This document shows, one piece after another, positions 47,865 to 59,514 of a DNA stretch of 64,000 nucleotides. The DNA is from Candidatus Cloacimonadales bacterium (GTDB lineage: Bacteria > Cloacimonadota > Cloacimonadia > Cloacimonadales > JAFGVF01): positions 1,536,001 through 1,600,000 of the forward strand of contig OY782781.1 of the NCBI GenBank assembly GCA_963678315.1, in the 5' to 3' direction. Each line of letters begins with the position of its first letter. The first letter of the stretch is position 1. The notes under the pieces were generated by a model. The model had not been told where the DNA came from. It worked only from the letters and a program-made list of their open reading frames with translations, and made no database searches. The translations under genes and the position numbers were made by a program.

Positions 47865-50336
47865 ATGGAAGAAAATAATAGAGTAATATCAAGACAGATT
47901 GAAGAAGAATTAAAAAAATCATACATGGAATATTCAATGAGTGTGATTGTTTCTCGTGCCTTACCAGATGTAAGAGACGGATTAAAACCATCACAAAGAA
48001 GAATCCTTTATGCGATGAATGAATTGAATTTAACCCCTGGTGGACATTTTAGAAAGTGTGCTAAAATTGCTGGTGATACATCAGGTAACTATCACCCACA
48101 CGGTGAACAAGTTGTGTATCCAACTCTTGTTAGATTAGCTCAAGAATGGAACATGAGATACCCACTTATCAATGGACAAGGAAACTTTGGTTCTATTGAT
48201 GGTGACCCACCAGCTGCTATGCGTTATACTGAAGCTAGACTTCATAAAACAGCTATAGATTTAATGATGGATATTGAGAAAGATACAGTTGATTATCGTG
48301 GTAACTATGATGATACACGTAAGGAACCAGAAGTTTTTCCTACTAGACTTCCAAACTTGTTAATTAATGGTTCTTCTGGTATAGCTGTTGGTATGGCTAC
48401 CAACATGGCTCCTCATAATATTGGTGAAATTAGTGATGGAATAGTGGCTCTAATTGACAATCCGGAAATGACAGATTTAGAGCTAATGCAATATATTCCA
48501 GGTCCTGATTTCCCAACAGGCGGTTATATTGTTGGTCGTTCAGGCATTAAAGATTACTTCACTACTGGAAGAGGTAAAGTTAAGGTTAGAGGTAAAGCTG
48601 ATATTCACGTTAATAAGAAAACAGGTCAAGAATCAATTATTATTTCTGAAATACCTTATATGTTAAATAAGACTCTTCTTATAGAAAAAATAGCATCTCT
48701 AGTTAAAGAAAAACGAATTGATGGTATTAGTGATATCAGAGATGAATCTGGTAGAGATGGAATGCGCTTAGTTATTGTTGTTAAAAAGAATGCAGATGCT
48801 AATGTAGTATTAAACAGTCTCTATAAATTTACTCAACTTCAAGGAACTTTCGGTGTAAATAACCTTGCTTTAGTTGATGGTGTTCCACAAACACTTTCTA
48901 TGACAAGATTGATTTCTGAGTTTATAAGTTTTAGGCATGAAGTAGTTGTAAGAAGAACTAAGTTTGAACTTAGAAAAACTGAAGCAAGATTACATATTTT
49001 AGAAGGTCTAAAAATTGCCTTAGATAATATCGACGAAATAATAGCCTTAATTAGAGCTTCTGCTAGTACACAAGATGCAAGAGATAGTCTGATGGAAAGA
49101 TTCGAATTAAGTGAAATTCAAGCAAAAGCTATTCTAGAAATGAGACTACAAAAGTTGACAGGTTTAGAAAGAGAAAAAATCGAAGATGAATTTAAAGAAC
49201 TTTCTGAGCTAAAAGCTCAACTTATTGCAATTCTTGAGAGTGAAGAGCTTCAAATGAATATCATTAAAGAAGAAACTCTTGAAATGAAAGAAAAATATAG
49301 TGATCCTAGAAGGACTATTATTATTGATAACGACTTATCTTTAGATGAAGAAGATTTGATTCCTGAAGAAAATGTTGTTGTTACTATAACTAAAGAAGGT
49401 TATATCAAGAGAATGTCGCTTGATTCATATAAGACTCAAAATAGAGGTGGAAGAGGACTATCTGGTTCAAACTTGAAAGACTCTGACTTTATTCAAAACA
49501 TATTTGTAGCATCAACACATTCTTACATTCTTTTCTTTACAGATTATGGTAAATGCTATTGGTTAAAAGTTTATCAAATACCTTCAGCTGGACGCTTAGC
49601 AAGAGGTAAGGCAATAGTAAATCTTATCAATATCGAGAAGAATGAAAATATTAAAGCATTTGTGACAGTTGATGAATTTGATGAAACAAAATATATCGTA
49701 ATGGCTACACGTAATGGCTTATTCAAGAAAACTTCTCTTTCAGCATACTCAAGACCACGTACTAATGGTATTATTGCAATTAAACTTGTTGATGGTGATG
49801 AGCTACTTGAAGCAAAGTTGACTAATGGTAATAATGATATTTTATTAGCAACAAACCATGGATATAGTAACAGATTCTCAGAAGTTGCCATCAGAGCACT
49901 AGGAAGAAATTCCCAAGGTGTATGTGGTATTAAATTAAGAGAAGATGATACTGTTGTTTCTATGATTGTTGTCGAAGAAGATGATGATAGAACAGCTTTA
50001 TCTATTAGTGAAAATGGATATGGTAAACGTACCCCTCTAAATATGTACAAGACAACAAATCGTGGTACAAAAGGTGTTATTACTCTTAAGACAACTATGC
50101 GTAATGGTTACTTAGTTAAGATGCTGGTAATATGTGATGACGATGATTTAATGATAACAACTAAAGATGGAATGATTATTAGACAATCTGGAGCTTCAAT
50201 TTCTCAAGTTAGTAGAAATACTGCTGGAGTTAAGCTTATTAATCTTCTTAAGAAAGATAAAGTTTTCGATGCAACTTGCATTAGAAGTGAAGATGCTGAA
50301 ACTGAAGATTCTGAAAATGATCAGGTGAATGAATAG
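47865..50336 (+). CDS. gyrA: DNA gyrase subunit A
   Basis: [19 protein letters not shown], GyrA-box QNRGGRG. Confidence 0.97.
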   Translation: MEENNRVISRQIEEELKKSYMEYSMSVIVSRALPDVRDGLKPSQRRILYAMNELNLTPGGHFRKCAKIAGDTSGNYHPHGEQVVYPTLVRLAQEWNMRYPLINGQGNFGSIDGDPPAAMRYTEARLHKTAIDLMMDIEKDTVDYRGNYDDTRKEPEVFPTRLPNLLINGSSGIAVGMATNMAPHNIGEISDGIVALIDNPEMTDLELMQYIPGPDFPTGGYIVGRSGIKDYFTTGRGKVKVRGKADIHVNKKTGQESIIISEIPYMLNKTLLIEKIASLVKEKRIDGISDIRDESGRDGMRLVIVVKKNADANVVLNSLYKFTQLQGTFGVNNLALVDGVPQTLSMTRLISEFISFRHEVVVRRTKFELRKTEARLHILEGLKIALDNIDEIIALIRASASTQDARDSLMERFELSEIQAKAILEMRLQKLTGLEREKIEDEFKELSELKAQLIAILESEELQMNIIKEETLEMKEKYSDPRRTIIIDNDLSLDEEDLIPEENVVVTITKEGYIKRMSLDSYKTQNRGGRGLSGSNLKDSDFIQNIFVASTHSYILFFTDYGKCYWLKVYQIPSAGRLARGKAIVNLINIEKNENIKAFVTVDEFDETKYIVMATRNGLFKKTSLSAYSRPRTNGIIAIKLVDGDELLEAKLTNGNNDILLATNHGYSNRFSEVAIRALGRNSQGVCGIKLREDDTVVSMIVVEEDDDRTALSISENGYGKRTPLNMYKTTNRGTKGVITLKTTMRNGYLVKMLVICDDDDLMITTKDGMIIRQSGASISQVSRNTAGVKLINLLKKDKVFDATCIRSEDAETEDSENDQVNE

Positions 50337-50438
50337 TTAATTTTAAGTTTATCTTTAATCAATTGTAAGTTTATTTTTAAAATAGCTTGACTAAAATTGT
50401 TGTAATTGATTAAACTTGATTAATATTGGAGGATTTAA

Positions 50439-51323
50439 TTGTTAATACAAAAATATTTTGTTACAAGACAGAAATTAGTTGATGATGCATTAGAAGAATA
50501 TTTTGTTCTAAGTTCTAGGAATACAAGTAAATTCGATAAAGCTGTCAGATATTCTTTACTGTCTGAAGGAAAGAGACTTAGGCCTATATTGCTTTTTGCA
50601 GTTTATGAAATGCTCAAAGGAAGAAAGAATATAAAATCTCTCAACAAGATTATGCCAGTTGCTTGTGCTTTAGAAATGGTTCATACTGCTTCTCTTGTTC
50701 ATGATGATTTACCAAGCCTAGATAATGCTAAATATCGTAGAGGTAAATTAACTTCTCACGAAAAGTATGACCCTGCTACAGCTATTTTAGTTGGTGACGC
50801 ATTATTAACAAAAGCTTTCGAAGTTCTTACAGAAATGGAGGATAAGAAGAAAGCTGTTCAATGCATTGATATTCTTGCTAAAGCAATCTCAACTAGAGGA
50901 ATGATTGGTGGACAAACAGTAGACCTTCTTTCTGCAGATAAAAATGTTAGAATTAATGTCCTAAAATATATACATTTGAAGAAGACAGGGGCACTCTTAC
51001 AAGCTGCTACTGATATGGCTTGTGCTTTATGTGATGTAGAAGAAAATCAGATGATTACATTAGGTAACTATGCTCTTAATTTGGGATTGTCATATCAAAT
51101 CATTGATGATATTCTTGATGATGTTGGAGCATTGGATATCTTAGGTAAGGAATCTGAGGATAGTAAAAACCATAAAACAACTTATGCAACTCTACTTGGT
51201 ATAGAGGGAGCAAAGAAAACTGCTGAAAAGCTTTTATCAGATGCTCATAAAATGATTAAAAACATTGATAATAGCGATGTTTTAGTGGAGTTCATAAATA
51301 GGATAAAAGAAAGATTACCATAA
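50439..51323 (+). CDS. ispA: Polyprenyl (farnesyl/geranylgeranyl) diphosphate synthase
   Basis: GKRLRP, HDDLPSLD, KTGALL, QIIDDILD. Confidence 0.85.
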   Translation: MLIQKYFVTRQKLVDDALEEYFVLSSRNTSKFDKAVRYSLLSEGKRLRPILLFAVYEMLKGRKNIKSLNKIMPVACALEMVHTASLVHDDLPSLDNAKYRRGKLTSHEKYDPATAILVGDALLTKAFEVLTEMEDKKKAVQCIDILAKAISTRGMIGGQTVDLLSADKNVRINVLKYIHLKKTGALLQAATDMACALCDVEENQMITLGNYALNLGLSYQIIDDILDDVGALDILGKESEDSKNHKTTYATLLGIEGAKKTAEKLLSDAHKMIKNIDNSDVLVEFINRIKERLP

Positions 51324-52114
51324 TGAAAATAATTGATATCCATACTCATATATTACCAAATGTTGATGATGGATCTGATTCAATAGATAAATCTATTGAG
51401 TTTATAAAAAATTCTATAGGAGAAGGGGTGGAAACTATTTTTCTCACCCCTCACTATATGTATGGCAAGTATATATCATCCAATGAGGAAACTAGCAAGC
51501 AATTTGATAAACTAGTAGCTGAAGTGAAGAAAAGAAATTTAGATATTCAGCTGTTTAAAGGTGCAGAAGTATATACTGACATGAATTATGTTGACCTTAT
51601 TGAAGAAGAAAAGTTAACTTTAGGTGAATCAAATTATGTTCTGTTTGAGACATCGCTTAACTCAAGCAGTAGCGATATCAATGAATTTGTGTTTGCCTTA
51701 CAGAGAAAAGGATACAGACCTATCCTAGCACACCCGGAGCGGTATAGTTCTGTACATTCTAACAGTAAGATTCTTGAAGATTTGATGTATAGAGATGTTT
51801 TACTACAGATAAATGCAAGTAGTCTTTTAGGATTATATGGTAAAAAAGTTAAGCAAGTAGCTTGGAAATTGCTTCATAAAGGTTATGCTCATTTTATAGC
51901 TTCTGACGAACATTGTAGAGTTGAAAACGATAGCTTAAAAGAGGCTTATGATAAGGTTGTTGATCATATTGATGAGTTTACAGCAAATCTTTTGTTTTAT
52001 AAGAATCCTCTTAAAATAGTTCAGAATAAGCCTATCTCAACATTCTATGTTACAGTAGTTGCTAAGCATCACAGGAAAAGAAAATCAATTTGGAATATAC
52101 TCTTTAGAAGATGA
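51323..52114 (+). CDS. CpsB/YwqE PHP-family protein-tyrosine phosphatase
   Basis: DIHTHILPNVDDG, TPH, ILAHPERY, ASDEH. Confidence 0.92.
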   Translation: MKIIDIHTHILPNVDDGSDSIDKSIEFIKNSIGEGVETIFLTPHYMYGKYISSNEETSKQFDKLVAEVKKRNLDIQLFKGAEVYTDMNYVDLIEEEKLTLGESNYVLFETSLNSSSSDINEFVFALQRKGYRPILAHPERYSSVHSNSKILEDLMYRDVLLQINASSLLGLYGKKVKQVAWKLLHKGYAHFIASDEHCRVENDSLKEAYDKVVDHIDEFTANLLFYKNPLKIVQNKPISTFYVTVVAKHHRKRKSIWNILFRR

Positions 52115-53115
52115 AAAATACGAAAGCTAAAGTTTTGATAACAAACATAATTGGGTATGTTGGTCAAAATCTATGTAAGAAAATTAAAGCCAAAAATTAT
52201 GATTTATATGGAATTGTTCCAGTAGGCACTGATCCTATGAAATATGAAGAATTCCGTGATATTATTACTGTAATTGAAATTACAATAAATGATATAATTA
52301 ATTTGAGAAATCATCTTGAAGAAAATTATTACGACTTTATAATTCATGTTCAAGATGACCCTACAGATAAGTATTTTAAGAAGAAAAGGTTCATAAATAA
52401 TTCAGTAAATATTGTAGAGCAAATTGTAGAATATTGCATGAAAAATGATTCTGTTTTAATTCATCTCTCTAATACAGATGTTTTTGAAACAGCTCCAGTT
52501 GAATTACCAGCATATTTCAGAAAGAAAAACAATTACAAAAGTAAGTATGCTAAAGTTCTAGCAGAAGAGGAAGCAATAATTGAGAAAAATCGGATTAAGG
52601 GATTGAAAGCAATTATACTCAGACATTCTGTTTGGTATGGAGAAGGGTGCAAAGGCTTTAGTAAAAATATGATTTCTGCAATCAAACTTAGATTATTCCC
52701 ATTAGTAAATGAACGGATTTATATTCATCTGACAAATATATTATTGTTCTGTGAAATCATTGAGCAAGCAATAACTAACACTCAAGCTATTGGTAAAAAC
52801 TACAATGTTACAGATCATGAACCAGTAGTATTATCAGAGCTAACACATTTTATAAATCAATTACTCAAGGAAAAGAAGTATGGGGCTTATCACAGTATGA
52901 ATTTATATTTTGGACGTAATATTGCTGAACTTCTAAGCAAACTAAGGTTATACAGGTGCTCAAAGTTCTTTGAGCAAATAACTCATAATTGGTTTTACGA
53001 TAGTACAAATTTAAAGAGAGATTTTAATCCGCCCAGATATAATACAATTCCTGCAATAGCTATTGCAGTTACTGGTGAACAGATGAATTTCTGGAAGGAT
53101 AATGAACAAGATTAG
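52111..53115 (+). CDS. NAD-dependent epimerase/dehydratase-like protein (degenerate)
   Basis: SDR-like layout (VLIT..IGYVG, ILRHSVWYG, GKNYNVTD). Confidence 0.7.
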   Translation: MKNTKAKVLITNIIGYVGQNLCKKIKAKNYDLYGIVPVGTDPMKYEEFRDIITVIEITINDIINLRNHLEENYYDFIIHVQDDPTDKYFKKKRFINNSVNIVEQIVEYCMKNDSVLIHLSNTDVFETAPVELPAYFRKKNNYKSKYAKVLAEEEAIIEKNRIKGLKAIILRHSVWYGEGCKGFSKNMISAIKLRLFPLVNERIYIHLTNILLFCEIIEQAITNTQAIGKNYNVTDHEPVVLSELTHFINQLLKEKKYGAYHSMNLYFGRNIAELLSKLRLYRCSKFFEQITHNWFYDSTNLKRDFNPPRYNTIPAIAIAVTGEQMNFWKDNEQD

Positions 53116-54100
53116 AAAGACTTTAATTATTGGTCTTAGTATTGGACTTCTTATGTTATCTGCATGGCTGTATTTCTTTGATTTTAATGCCCTTAAAGAT
53201 AACTTAATGAATTTGAATGTTGGATATGTTCTTCTTAGTTTATTGAGTTATGTCCTAGCATACTTTGTTAGATCTCTCAGATGGAATCAACTTCTAATAC
53301 CAACTAAAAAAGTAAAAGTAAAAGAAACATATCTTTGGTCGATAGCAGGTAATTTTGTTAATTATTTAATACCAATTAGAGCAGGTGAATTAGCAAAAGC
53401 AATAATTGCAAAGAGGAACTCAAATATCGCAATCGCTAGCTCTTTACCTTCAATATTTATAGACAAGTTCTTTGACACAATAGGTATTTTTATAATTTTG
53501 ATAATGATACCATTCTTGCATATTCAAGTTGTTCCGGCACTTAACTGGCTAATAACTGTTTTACTTATAGTATTTACTTTGGGAATATTAATCCTAATTG
53601 GAGCAATAGTAGCAGAAGATAAACTGATTAAACTTCTCCACAAGTGTTTCTATTTTATTCCTGAGAAATACCAGAATAAAGTATTTGATTTCATAGAGTT
53701 GTTTGTTAAAGGAACTGCTATTTTTAAAGAACATTCTGGCATTCTAATAAAAGTGATATTTTTTACTGCATTAGGAATAATTCTTGACGGAATTTACTTC
53801 TATTTAATGTTTAAAGCATTCGGATTCATTAATGTAAGTCTTTCATTTATATTCTTTGGATATACATTATTGAATCTTTCATATATTTTACCTCAACCAC
53901 CAGCTCAATTAGGTAGTAATGAGTGGTTAATGACTCTAATATTTGTTACTGGAATGGGAATGAATTTAGGAGAGGCAAGTTCACTAATGGCTTTCGCTCA
54001 CATAGCTACAGGTATAATTGTTAGCTTATTGGGTATTATCGCTATGAGTATGATTGGAGTTAAGGTTGTGGATTTAATCAAAAGGAGCTCAAATGAGTAA
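53102..54100 (+). CDS. Lysylphosphatidylglycerol-synthase-TM/flippase-like membrane protein
   Basis: RSLRW, NYLIPIRAGE, PPAQLGSNE. Confidence 0.85.
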   Translation: MNKIRKTLIIGLSIGLLMLSAWLYFFDFNALKDNLMNLNVGYVLLSLLSYVLAYFVRSLRWNQLLIPTKKVKVKETYLWSIAGNFVNYLIPIRAGELAKAIIAKRNSNIAIASSLPSIFIDKFFDTIGIFIILIMIPFLHIQVVPALNWLITVLLIVFTLGILILIGAIVAEDKLIKLLHKCFYFIPEKYQNKVFDFIELFVKGTAIFKEHSGILIKVIFFTALGIILDGIYFYLMFKAFGFINVSLSFIFFGYTLLNLSYILPQPPAQLGSNEWLMTLIFVTGMGMNLGEASSLMAFAHIATGIIVSLLGIIAMSMIGVKVVDLIKRSSNE

Positions 54101-55058
54101 TCAAAGTGTTGATTTAATAGAAAAATTAGCTGATATAAAAAAAGATATACTAAAAGAACTAAGCAAAGTAATTGTTGGGCAAGATAAAGTAATAGAGCAA
54201 ATACTCGTTGCACTCTTTGCTGATGGACATGTACTACTAGAAGGTGTTCCAGGGCTGGCTAAAACCTTGTTGATTTCTAGTCTGGCTAAAGTTCTTAACC
54301 TAGATTTTAGTCGTATTCAATTTACTCCAGACCTTATGCCTTCTGACATAACAGGTACAGACATACTTTCTGAAAATAAAGCAGATGGTAAAAGATATTT
54401 TGAGTATATTAAAGGTCCAATATTTGCTAATATTATTTTGGCTGATGAAATTAATAGAACACCCCCTAAAACGCAATCTTCATTGTTGCAAGCAATGCAG
54501 GAATATGAAGTTACTAATGGTAATGAGACTTATCAGTTAGCAAGACCATTTCTTGTTCTAGCAACTCAAAATCCAATTGAGCAAGAAGGTACATATCCTT
54601 TACCAGAAGCTCAGTTAGATAGATTTATGTTTAATATAGTGATAGATTATCCGACTTATGATGAAGAACTTGAAATTGTAAGAGTTACAACATCAAATCA
54701 AAAGCAAACAATAAAGCCTGTCATTGATGCTAAGAGTATTATTGCTCTACAAAAAGCTATCTTAGACATACCAGTCAGTGACCACGTTCTTAAATATGCT
54801 GTAGATTTAGTAAGATCTACAAGACCAGATAAGTCAAATAGCAATGAGCTAATATCTTGGGGAGCTGGTCCACGTGCTTCTCAATATTTAATATTAGCAG
54901 CTAAATCACGGGCAGCTTTAACTGGTAGATTAACTCCTTCAGAAGATGATATTCGATATGTTGCACCTTTAGTTTTACGCCACAGAGTAATTCCTTCATT
55001 CACTGCAGAAGCAGAAGGAATTAAATCACTCGATATTGTAGATAAACTATTAAAGTAA
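54093..55058 (+). CDS. MoxR-family AAA+ ATPase
   Basis: GVPGLAKT, RIQFTPDLMPSD, DEINR, ATQNPIEQEGTYPLPEAQLDRF. Confidence 0.95.
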   Translation: MSNQSVDLIEKLADIKKDILKELSKVIVGQDKVIEQILVALFADGHVLLEGVPGLAKTLLISSLAKVLNLDFSRIQFTPDLMPSDITGTDILSENKADGKRYFEYIKGPIFANIILADEINRTPPKTQSSLLQAMQEYEVTNGNETYQLARPFLVLATQNPIEQEGTYPLPEAQLDRFMFNIVIDYPTYDEELEIVRVTTSNQKQTIKPVIDAKSIIALQKAILDIPVSDHVLKYAVDLVRSTRPDKSNSNELISWGAGPRASQYLILAAKSRAALTGRLTPSEDDIRYVAPLVLRHRVIPSFTAEAEGIKSLDIVDKLLK

Positions 55059-55990
55059 TGAGAAAAATAGCACTTCTAGCTTTCATATTTGCTCTTAGTC
55101 TTTCTGCTTTAACAGCTTCTAGTAAGTATTTGTGGTCCACAGGGAGAACAATTGAATTAGTTGCTAACAAGATAGACTATAAAGACAATATTCTTGCTGT
55201 AGCAAATAATAATGTTGTCTATATATATAAAACTTTTGGTGTATCATCATTTACATTGAAAAGTTCTTATATTCTAGAAGAAGAAGTGCTTGATATTGAA
55301 GTATTATCAACGGGGGATGTTGGGATTGCTATCAACTCAATTTCAACAATATATACTGAAAATGATTCTGTTGATACCGTTGGTCGTGATATCGAAATAG
55401 AAATATTTAATGGCAATGATATAGATCAAGAAGGATCTAATTTATATGTAGCTAATCAGGATAAAGGTCTGACTATTTATAATTTAGGTAATAATGGGGT
55501 AGAGGATATTGTAAGCAATTATAGAAAAGAGTGGGGGCTTAATTCAATTGAACCCCAATGGCCACTTCTATATACTGCGAATAAACATGGAGTTGCTACA
55601 GTAAATTTAAGTAATCTTAAAAAACCTATGCCATTTGGAAATAATTATGATGTGTTTTCTACTTCTAAAGTAGCTTATTGTAATGATTATTTGTTTGCTG
55701 TATCTAGTAGAACCTTGAATATTCTAGACGTATCAATTCCTGGTAAACTGAAAAAATTTACATCAGAGGTCTTTCCTTACAATATTCACGATATCAAAGT
55801 CAAAGATAATGAAGTATTTGTAATTTTGGGAGATGGTGGATTTGTAATTTATCATATTGATGAGAATAAGGAAATTTATCAAACAGATTCTTATGATGAT
55901 GGGACATTTATTGAAGATATTGCCTTTATTGGAGATTATATTCTAGTTGTTAGAAGGAATCAAGATATAAAGATTGTAGGATATAATTAG
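55058..55990 (+). CDS. Secreted LVIVD-repeat/beta-propeller-like protein
   Basis: Signal peptide; LYVANQDKGLTIY, LNILDVSIP repeats. Confidence 0.7.
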   Translation: MRKIALLAFIFALSLSALTASSKYLWSTGRTIELVANKIDYKDNILAVANNNVVYIYKTFGVSSFTLKSSYILEEEVLDIEVLSTGDVGIAINSISTIYTENDSVDTVGRDIEIEIFNGNDIDQEGSNLYVANQDKGLTIYNLGNNGVEDIVSNYRKEWGLNSIEPQWPLLYTANKHGVATVNLSNLKKPMPFGNNYDVFSTSKVAYCNDYLFAVSSRTLNILDVSIPGKLKKFTSEVFPYNIHDIKVKDNEVFVILGDGGFVIYHIDENKEIYQTDSYDDGTFIEDIAFIGDYILVVRRNQDIKIVGYN

Positions 55991-58755
55991 AATTTTGAAA
56001 CAGGTATAATGAACTCAATCTGATGCCTATCATTAGACCTATTAAATAAAAATGAGTAACGTAGACCTAGTTTTAATTCTATTTCATTAAACAATTTGTA
56101 GTCTAATAATATTTCTGTACCTGCTGAGTTACGCTCTATTTTTGTTTTATTATCATTACTATCCCTGACAGAGTTTGAGTAACATATAAATGGACTAGCA
56201 TATATCCTTTTTAAGTAAACAGTGTCCTTTATTCCTACTTCAGGATAAAAGAGACTAGTATACATCTTAAGTTTAGTATTTACTTGTCTATCAAATTCAA
56301 GATCATCAAAATAACCATAAGCTTTAGTCAGATTATCTGAAAATCTATATTCATTTTGGCTGTCTTCATTAACAAAGCTATTTTCTAAAAGAAAAGAATA
56401 GTTTTCCCAGAAGCTATCAAAAGAAAAATCTGCTTGAATTGTTATTTGTTCTGCATCAATTTCATCAACAGATTTCTTGTAGTTAATTGAATAGTATTGA
56501 CCTAAAGGAGAATAAAAATCATTTTGAGCTTTAGGAGCTAGTGATGTAAGGGATAAGGAAGTGTTTATATAATTAAAGGTTAAATCTGCTCTTTCTGTAA
56601 AATTAAATATACTTTTACTTCTGTATCTATCAAGATGATTAAGCCCTAATGAATAATTCATGTTACCATTATTGCTTCCTTCAATGAAATTAAGCGGTAA
56701 TATTAAACTAACACCATACATTATTTCTTCGTGATTATCATTTGAATGCCTTGAGTTAGAATGAGAAATTTCAGTTCGTATATTTGGATAAAAGGAAGAG
56801 AAAAGGCTTGATAATGATGTTTTCATGCCTAAGTTCTTAAAACTAAGTTTAGAAGTTGCGTTGATTGTAAAAGTCTTCATCGGGTTCCTAGAATAAGTAT
56901 AAATATTAGCTTCTCTCTGGTCATATTGCAATCTTAACGCCCTAAATCTTATTAGCTCGAACATTGGGTCTAACTGCTTTTCTCCTTTATAATATTTCTT
57001 AAGATTATCAATAATTATTGAACAATCATCTACAAGCATTTCATTTTTGTTCCACATTGTAGGAGTGAAGCTATTTTTATCTAATTGGATTATTCTTAGT
57101 TCCTTACCCCAATATTTGTTAGCAGTGTAGATTAAAGTATCTCCTTTTATATATGGATAGCAGACACTATTATCTGAATAAAAGGTTTGATAAGCAAGAC
57201 TATCATTCTGAGATAAATAGCAAACATTGTAAATATCATTAATTGGGTAAGTAAAGTAAATTGCCGAATCTGAAACATGTAAATCTTTTATAGGATCTGT
57301 TGAAAATGGAGTTAATACTTGTTCTTTTTTGGTGCTGATGTTATATTTAACAATTGCAGTCTGACCAAGAAAATTCTCAGCAATATAAACAATTGTATAT
57401 TGATCCAGCCAAGTAATCTTATTGAAACTCCAACAATTATTATTAGGAATATAGTATATTCTATCGCCAGTATCAAAATCTAAAATTGTAATGTTTTGAC
57501 TATATTTATCAGATATTCTTATTGTTGCAATTTTACTTTTATCTGGGGACATTTTTGGCTTAACAAAAATTTCATTAGTTTTAATGATTCTTTTCTTTCT
57601 GTTCTGTAAGTTATAAAATACTAATGAGCTATTTTCAATATTATTTAAATTTAGCTCTTTATGCTTTTCATTCCACAAAATATAAGGTTCATTAACATCA
57701 ATTTCAATATCATTCATGTACCCAATGGAGACAACTTTTTCAATTGAATCTTCACTTATTTGGATAACTTGTTTTGGGTGTTTATAGCTTTCTTTAACAG
57801 CAATAATATTACCGTTATTTAGTAAAAACGCTTGGGTTATTGAATTGTTGTATTGCTGATTTTGTGCGTAATAAGGGGAGCTTAGGTCAGGAGGTAGTAG
57901 ATTAATATCATGTAAGAATTGTCTCTTATAAAAGTTGTGAAAATCGTTATAAAATTCTTCAATTGTTATATCAGTATTTTTCTTAAAAGACCTAGAATAA
58001 GGATAGAAAAAGTATTCAAAATACTCTATATCGTTAACAATCGCTTGCCATCTTTCAGGTCCGTATCTTTGCAAAAAGTAGTTGCTTGCAAGAATTCCAA
58101 AATCTGTTAAGTTAGGAGTTTTATTTCTATATGAGCCATTTACTAAATTCTGATAAGGGATATATTTGTTGTAGAGTGCAAAATCTCTATAAGAATCATA
58201 AGTCTGAAGTTCAAGTCTTCTTCTGAAACTTTCTAATATAGCTTCATTGTATTCCTCTTTAGAAGAATGAAACCATTCTGGATAAATTATACTTTTTGTT
58301 GATTTTAAAGACTTACCTCTAGATATGTTATAAGTTAATTGTAAGACACTTTTCCTTAATTCTCTAGAATTAATTGTTAGTGGTATATCTACTAAATTTG
58401 ATATATTACTTAGCTCAATTTCATCATATGTAACTTGAGTTCGTTTATTCTTGTAAATGTAAGAATCAATAAATTTATTGAAATTAAAGTCTAGATTGTT
58501 AGCCACTGATTCTTTATCAATAACAATGTAGCCATCTTTTAAATAATCGTGTAAAGACTCGGTGTTGTTGTTAAGGTAGTCTATAAATGTAGCAATTAAC
58601 TTAGCTCTATACTCAAATTTCTCTTCATAAATTATTTTTGTATCGCCCACATCTATGTAGTACCAATTTGGAATTTCGAAGAATGAGTTTGCTTCTAATA
58701 AAGATAAGGCAATGGATAATATTGTCGATATAAGTAAGGATTTAGATTTAATCAT
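55987..58755 (-). CDS. Secreted/outer-membrane protein (TolB-like propeller, probable C-terminal beta-barrel)
   Basis: Signal peptide, PKMSPDKSKIA, alternating C-terminal strands ending in F. Confidence 0.6.
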   Translation of the reverse strand: MIKSKSLLISTILSIALSLLEANSFFEIPNWYYIDVGDTKIIYEEKFEYRAKLIATFIDYLNNNTESLHDYLKDGYIVIDKESVANNLDFNFNKFIDSYIYKNKRTQVTYDEIELSNISNLVDIPLTINSRELRKSVLQLTYNISRGKSLKSTKSIIYPEWFHSSKEEYNEAILESFRRRLELQTYDSYRDFALYNKYIPYQNLVNGSYRNKTPNLTDFGILASNYFLQRYGPERWQAIVNDIEYFEYFFYPYSRSFKKNTDITIEEFYNDFHNFYKRQFLHDINLLPPDLSSPYYAQNQQYNNSITQAFLLNNGNIIAVKESYKHPKQVIQISEDSIEKVVSIGYMNDIEIDVNEPYILWNEKHKELNLNNIENSSLVFYNLQNRKKRIIKTNEIFVKPKMSPDKSKIATIRISDKYSQNITILDFDTGDRIYYIPNNNCWSFNKITWLDQYTIVYIAENFLGQTAIVKYNISTKKEQVLTPFSTDPIKDLHVSDSAIYFTYPINDIYNVCYLSQNDSLAYQTFYSDNSVCYPYIKGDTLIYTANKYWGKELRIIQLDKNSFTPTMWNKNEMLVDDCSIIIDNLKKYYKGEKQLDPMFELIRFRALRLQYDQREANIYTYSRNPMKTFTINATSKLSFKNLGMKTSLSSLFSSFYPNIRTEISHSNSRHSNDNHEEIMYGVSLILPLNFIEGSNNGNMNYSLGLNHLDRYRSKSIFNFTERADLTFNYINTSLSLTSLAPKAQNDFYSPLGQYYSINYKKSVDEIDAEQITIQADFSFDSFWENYSFLLENSFVNEDSQNEYRFSDNLTKAYGYFDDLEFDRQVNTKLKMYTSLFYPEVGIKDTVYLKRIYASPFICYSNSVRDSNDNKTKIERNSAGTEILLDYKLFNEIELKLGLRYSFLFNRSNDRHQIEFIIPVSKF

Positions 58756-58779
58756 AGCATCAACAATAAGGTCAAATTA

Positions 58780-59514
58780 CTATTTCAAAGCAGTATAAAC
58801 GCTTAACATAAATGATAGAGTTGCTAAAACTGCAGTATAAATGTGCCAAGGAAATTCTCTAGGGGGAGGAATAATAATTGTATCGCCAGCATTGATAATA
58901 AGCTGATCTTCAAACTCACTAATTTCTTCAGAAAACCAGATATCCTCAATATTTACATTGAAGACCTCTCCATCAACTCTAATGATTCTTATAATTGATA
59001 CATCACGGATATTTGTTATTCCTTTTGCTAGTGCAAGGGCGTCAGTAAGTTTCATTGATTCATATATTTGAAAGTCTCCAGGTTGATTCACATAACCTAA
59101 AATACTTATTTTATGTCCATAAATTTTATCTACATAGATAGTTACAACTGGTATCGTTACATAGGGTAAGAGCTTTTTCTCTATTATTTCCCTTAGCTTT
59201 GAAACAGTCATGTTTTCTACCCTAATATTACCAAGTAGGGGATATTCTATTCCTCCATCAGGTAGAACTTTGATACCCTTTTTGGTAAATTCACCGTGCT
59301 CCATTACTATTATAGAAATCTGATCACCTTTTTGTAGTCTATATTGCTCATCTAAAGATACAGAAAGAGAATCATTTGGTTCCAAATCAGTAGATGTAAG
59401 ATTCTTAATAATATCATCTTTAGTTATCATAGGTATTGAATCATCGTAAATATCCTGTCCACTAAGTGAAAACAAGAATCCAAGCATTACAATTAAGATA
59501 AAAAGCTTTTTCAT
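58780..59514 (-). CDS. Polysaccharide export protein (Wza-like, Poly_export plus SLBB)
   Basis: YRLQKGDQISI, VLPDGGIEYPLLG, GYVNQPG. Confidence 0.88.
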   Translation of the reverse strand: MKKLFILIVMLGFLFSLSGQDIYDDSIPMITKDDIIKNLTSTDLEPNDSLSVSLDEQYRLQKGDQISIIVMEHGEFTKKGIKVLPDGGIEYPLLGNIRVENMTVSKLREIIEKKLLPYVTIPVVTIYVDKIYGHKISILGYVNQPGDFQIYESMKLTDALALAKGITNIRDVSIIRIIRVDGEVFNVNIEDIWFSEEISEFEDQLIINAGDTIIIPPPREFPWHIYTAVLATLSFMLSVYTALK

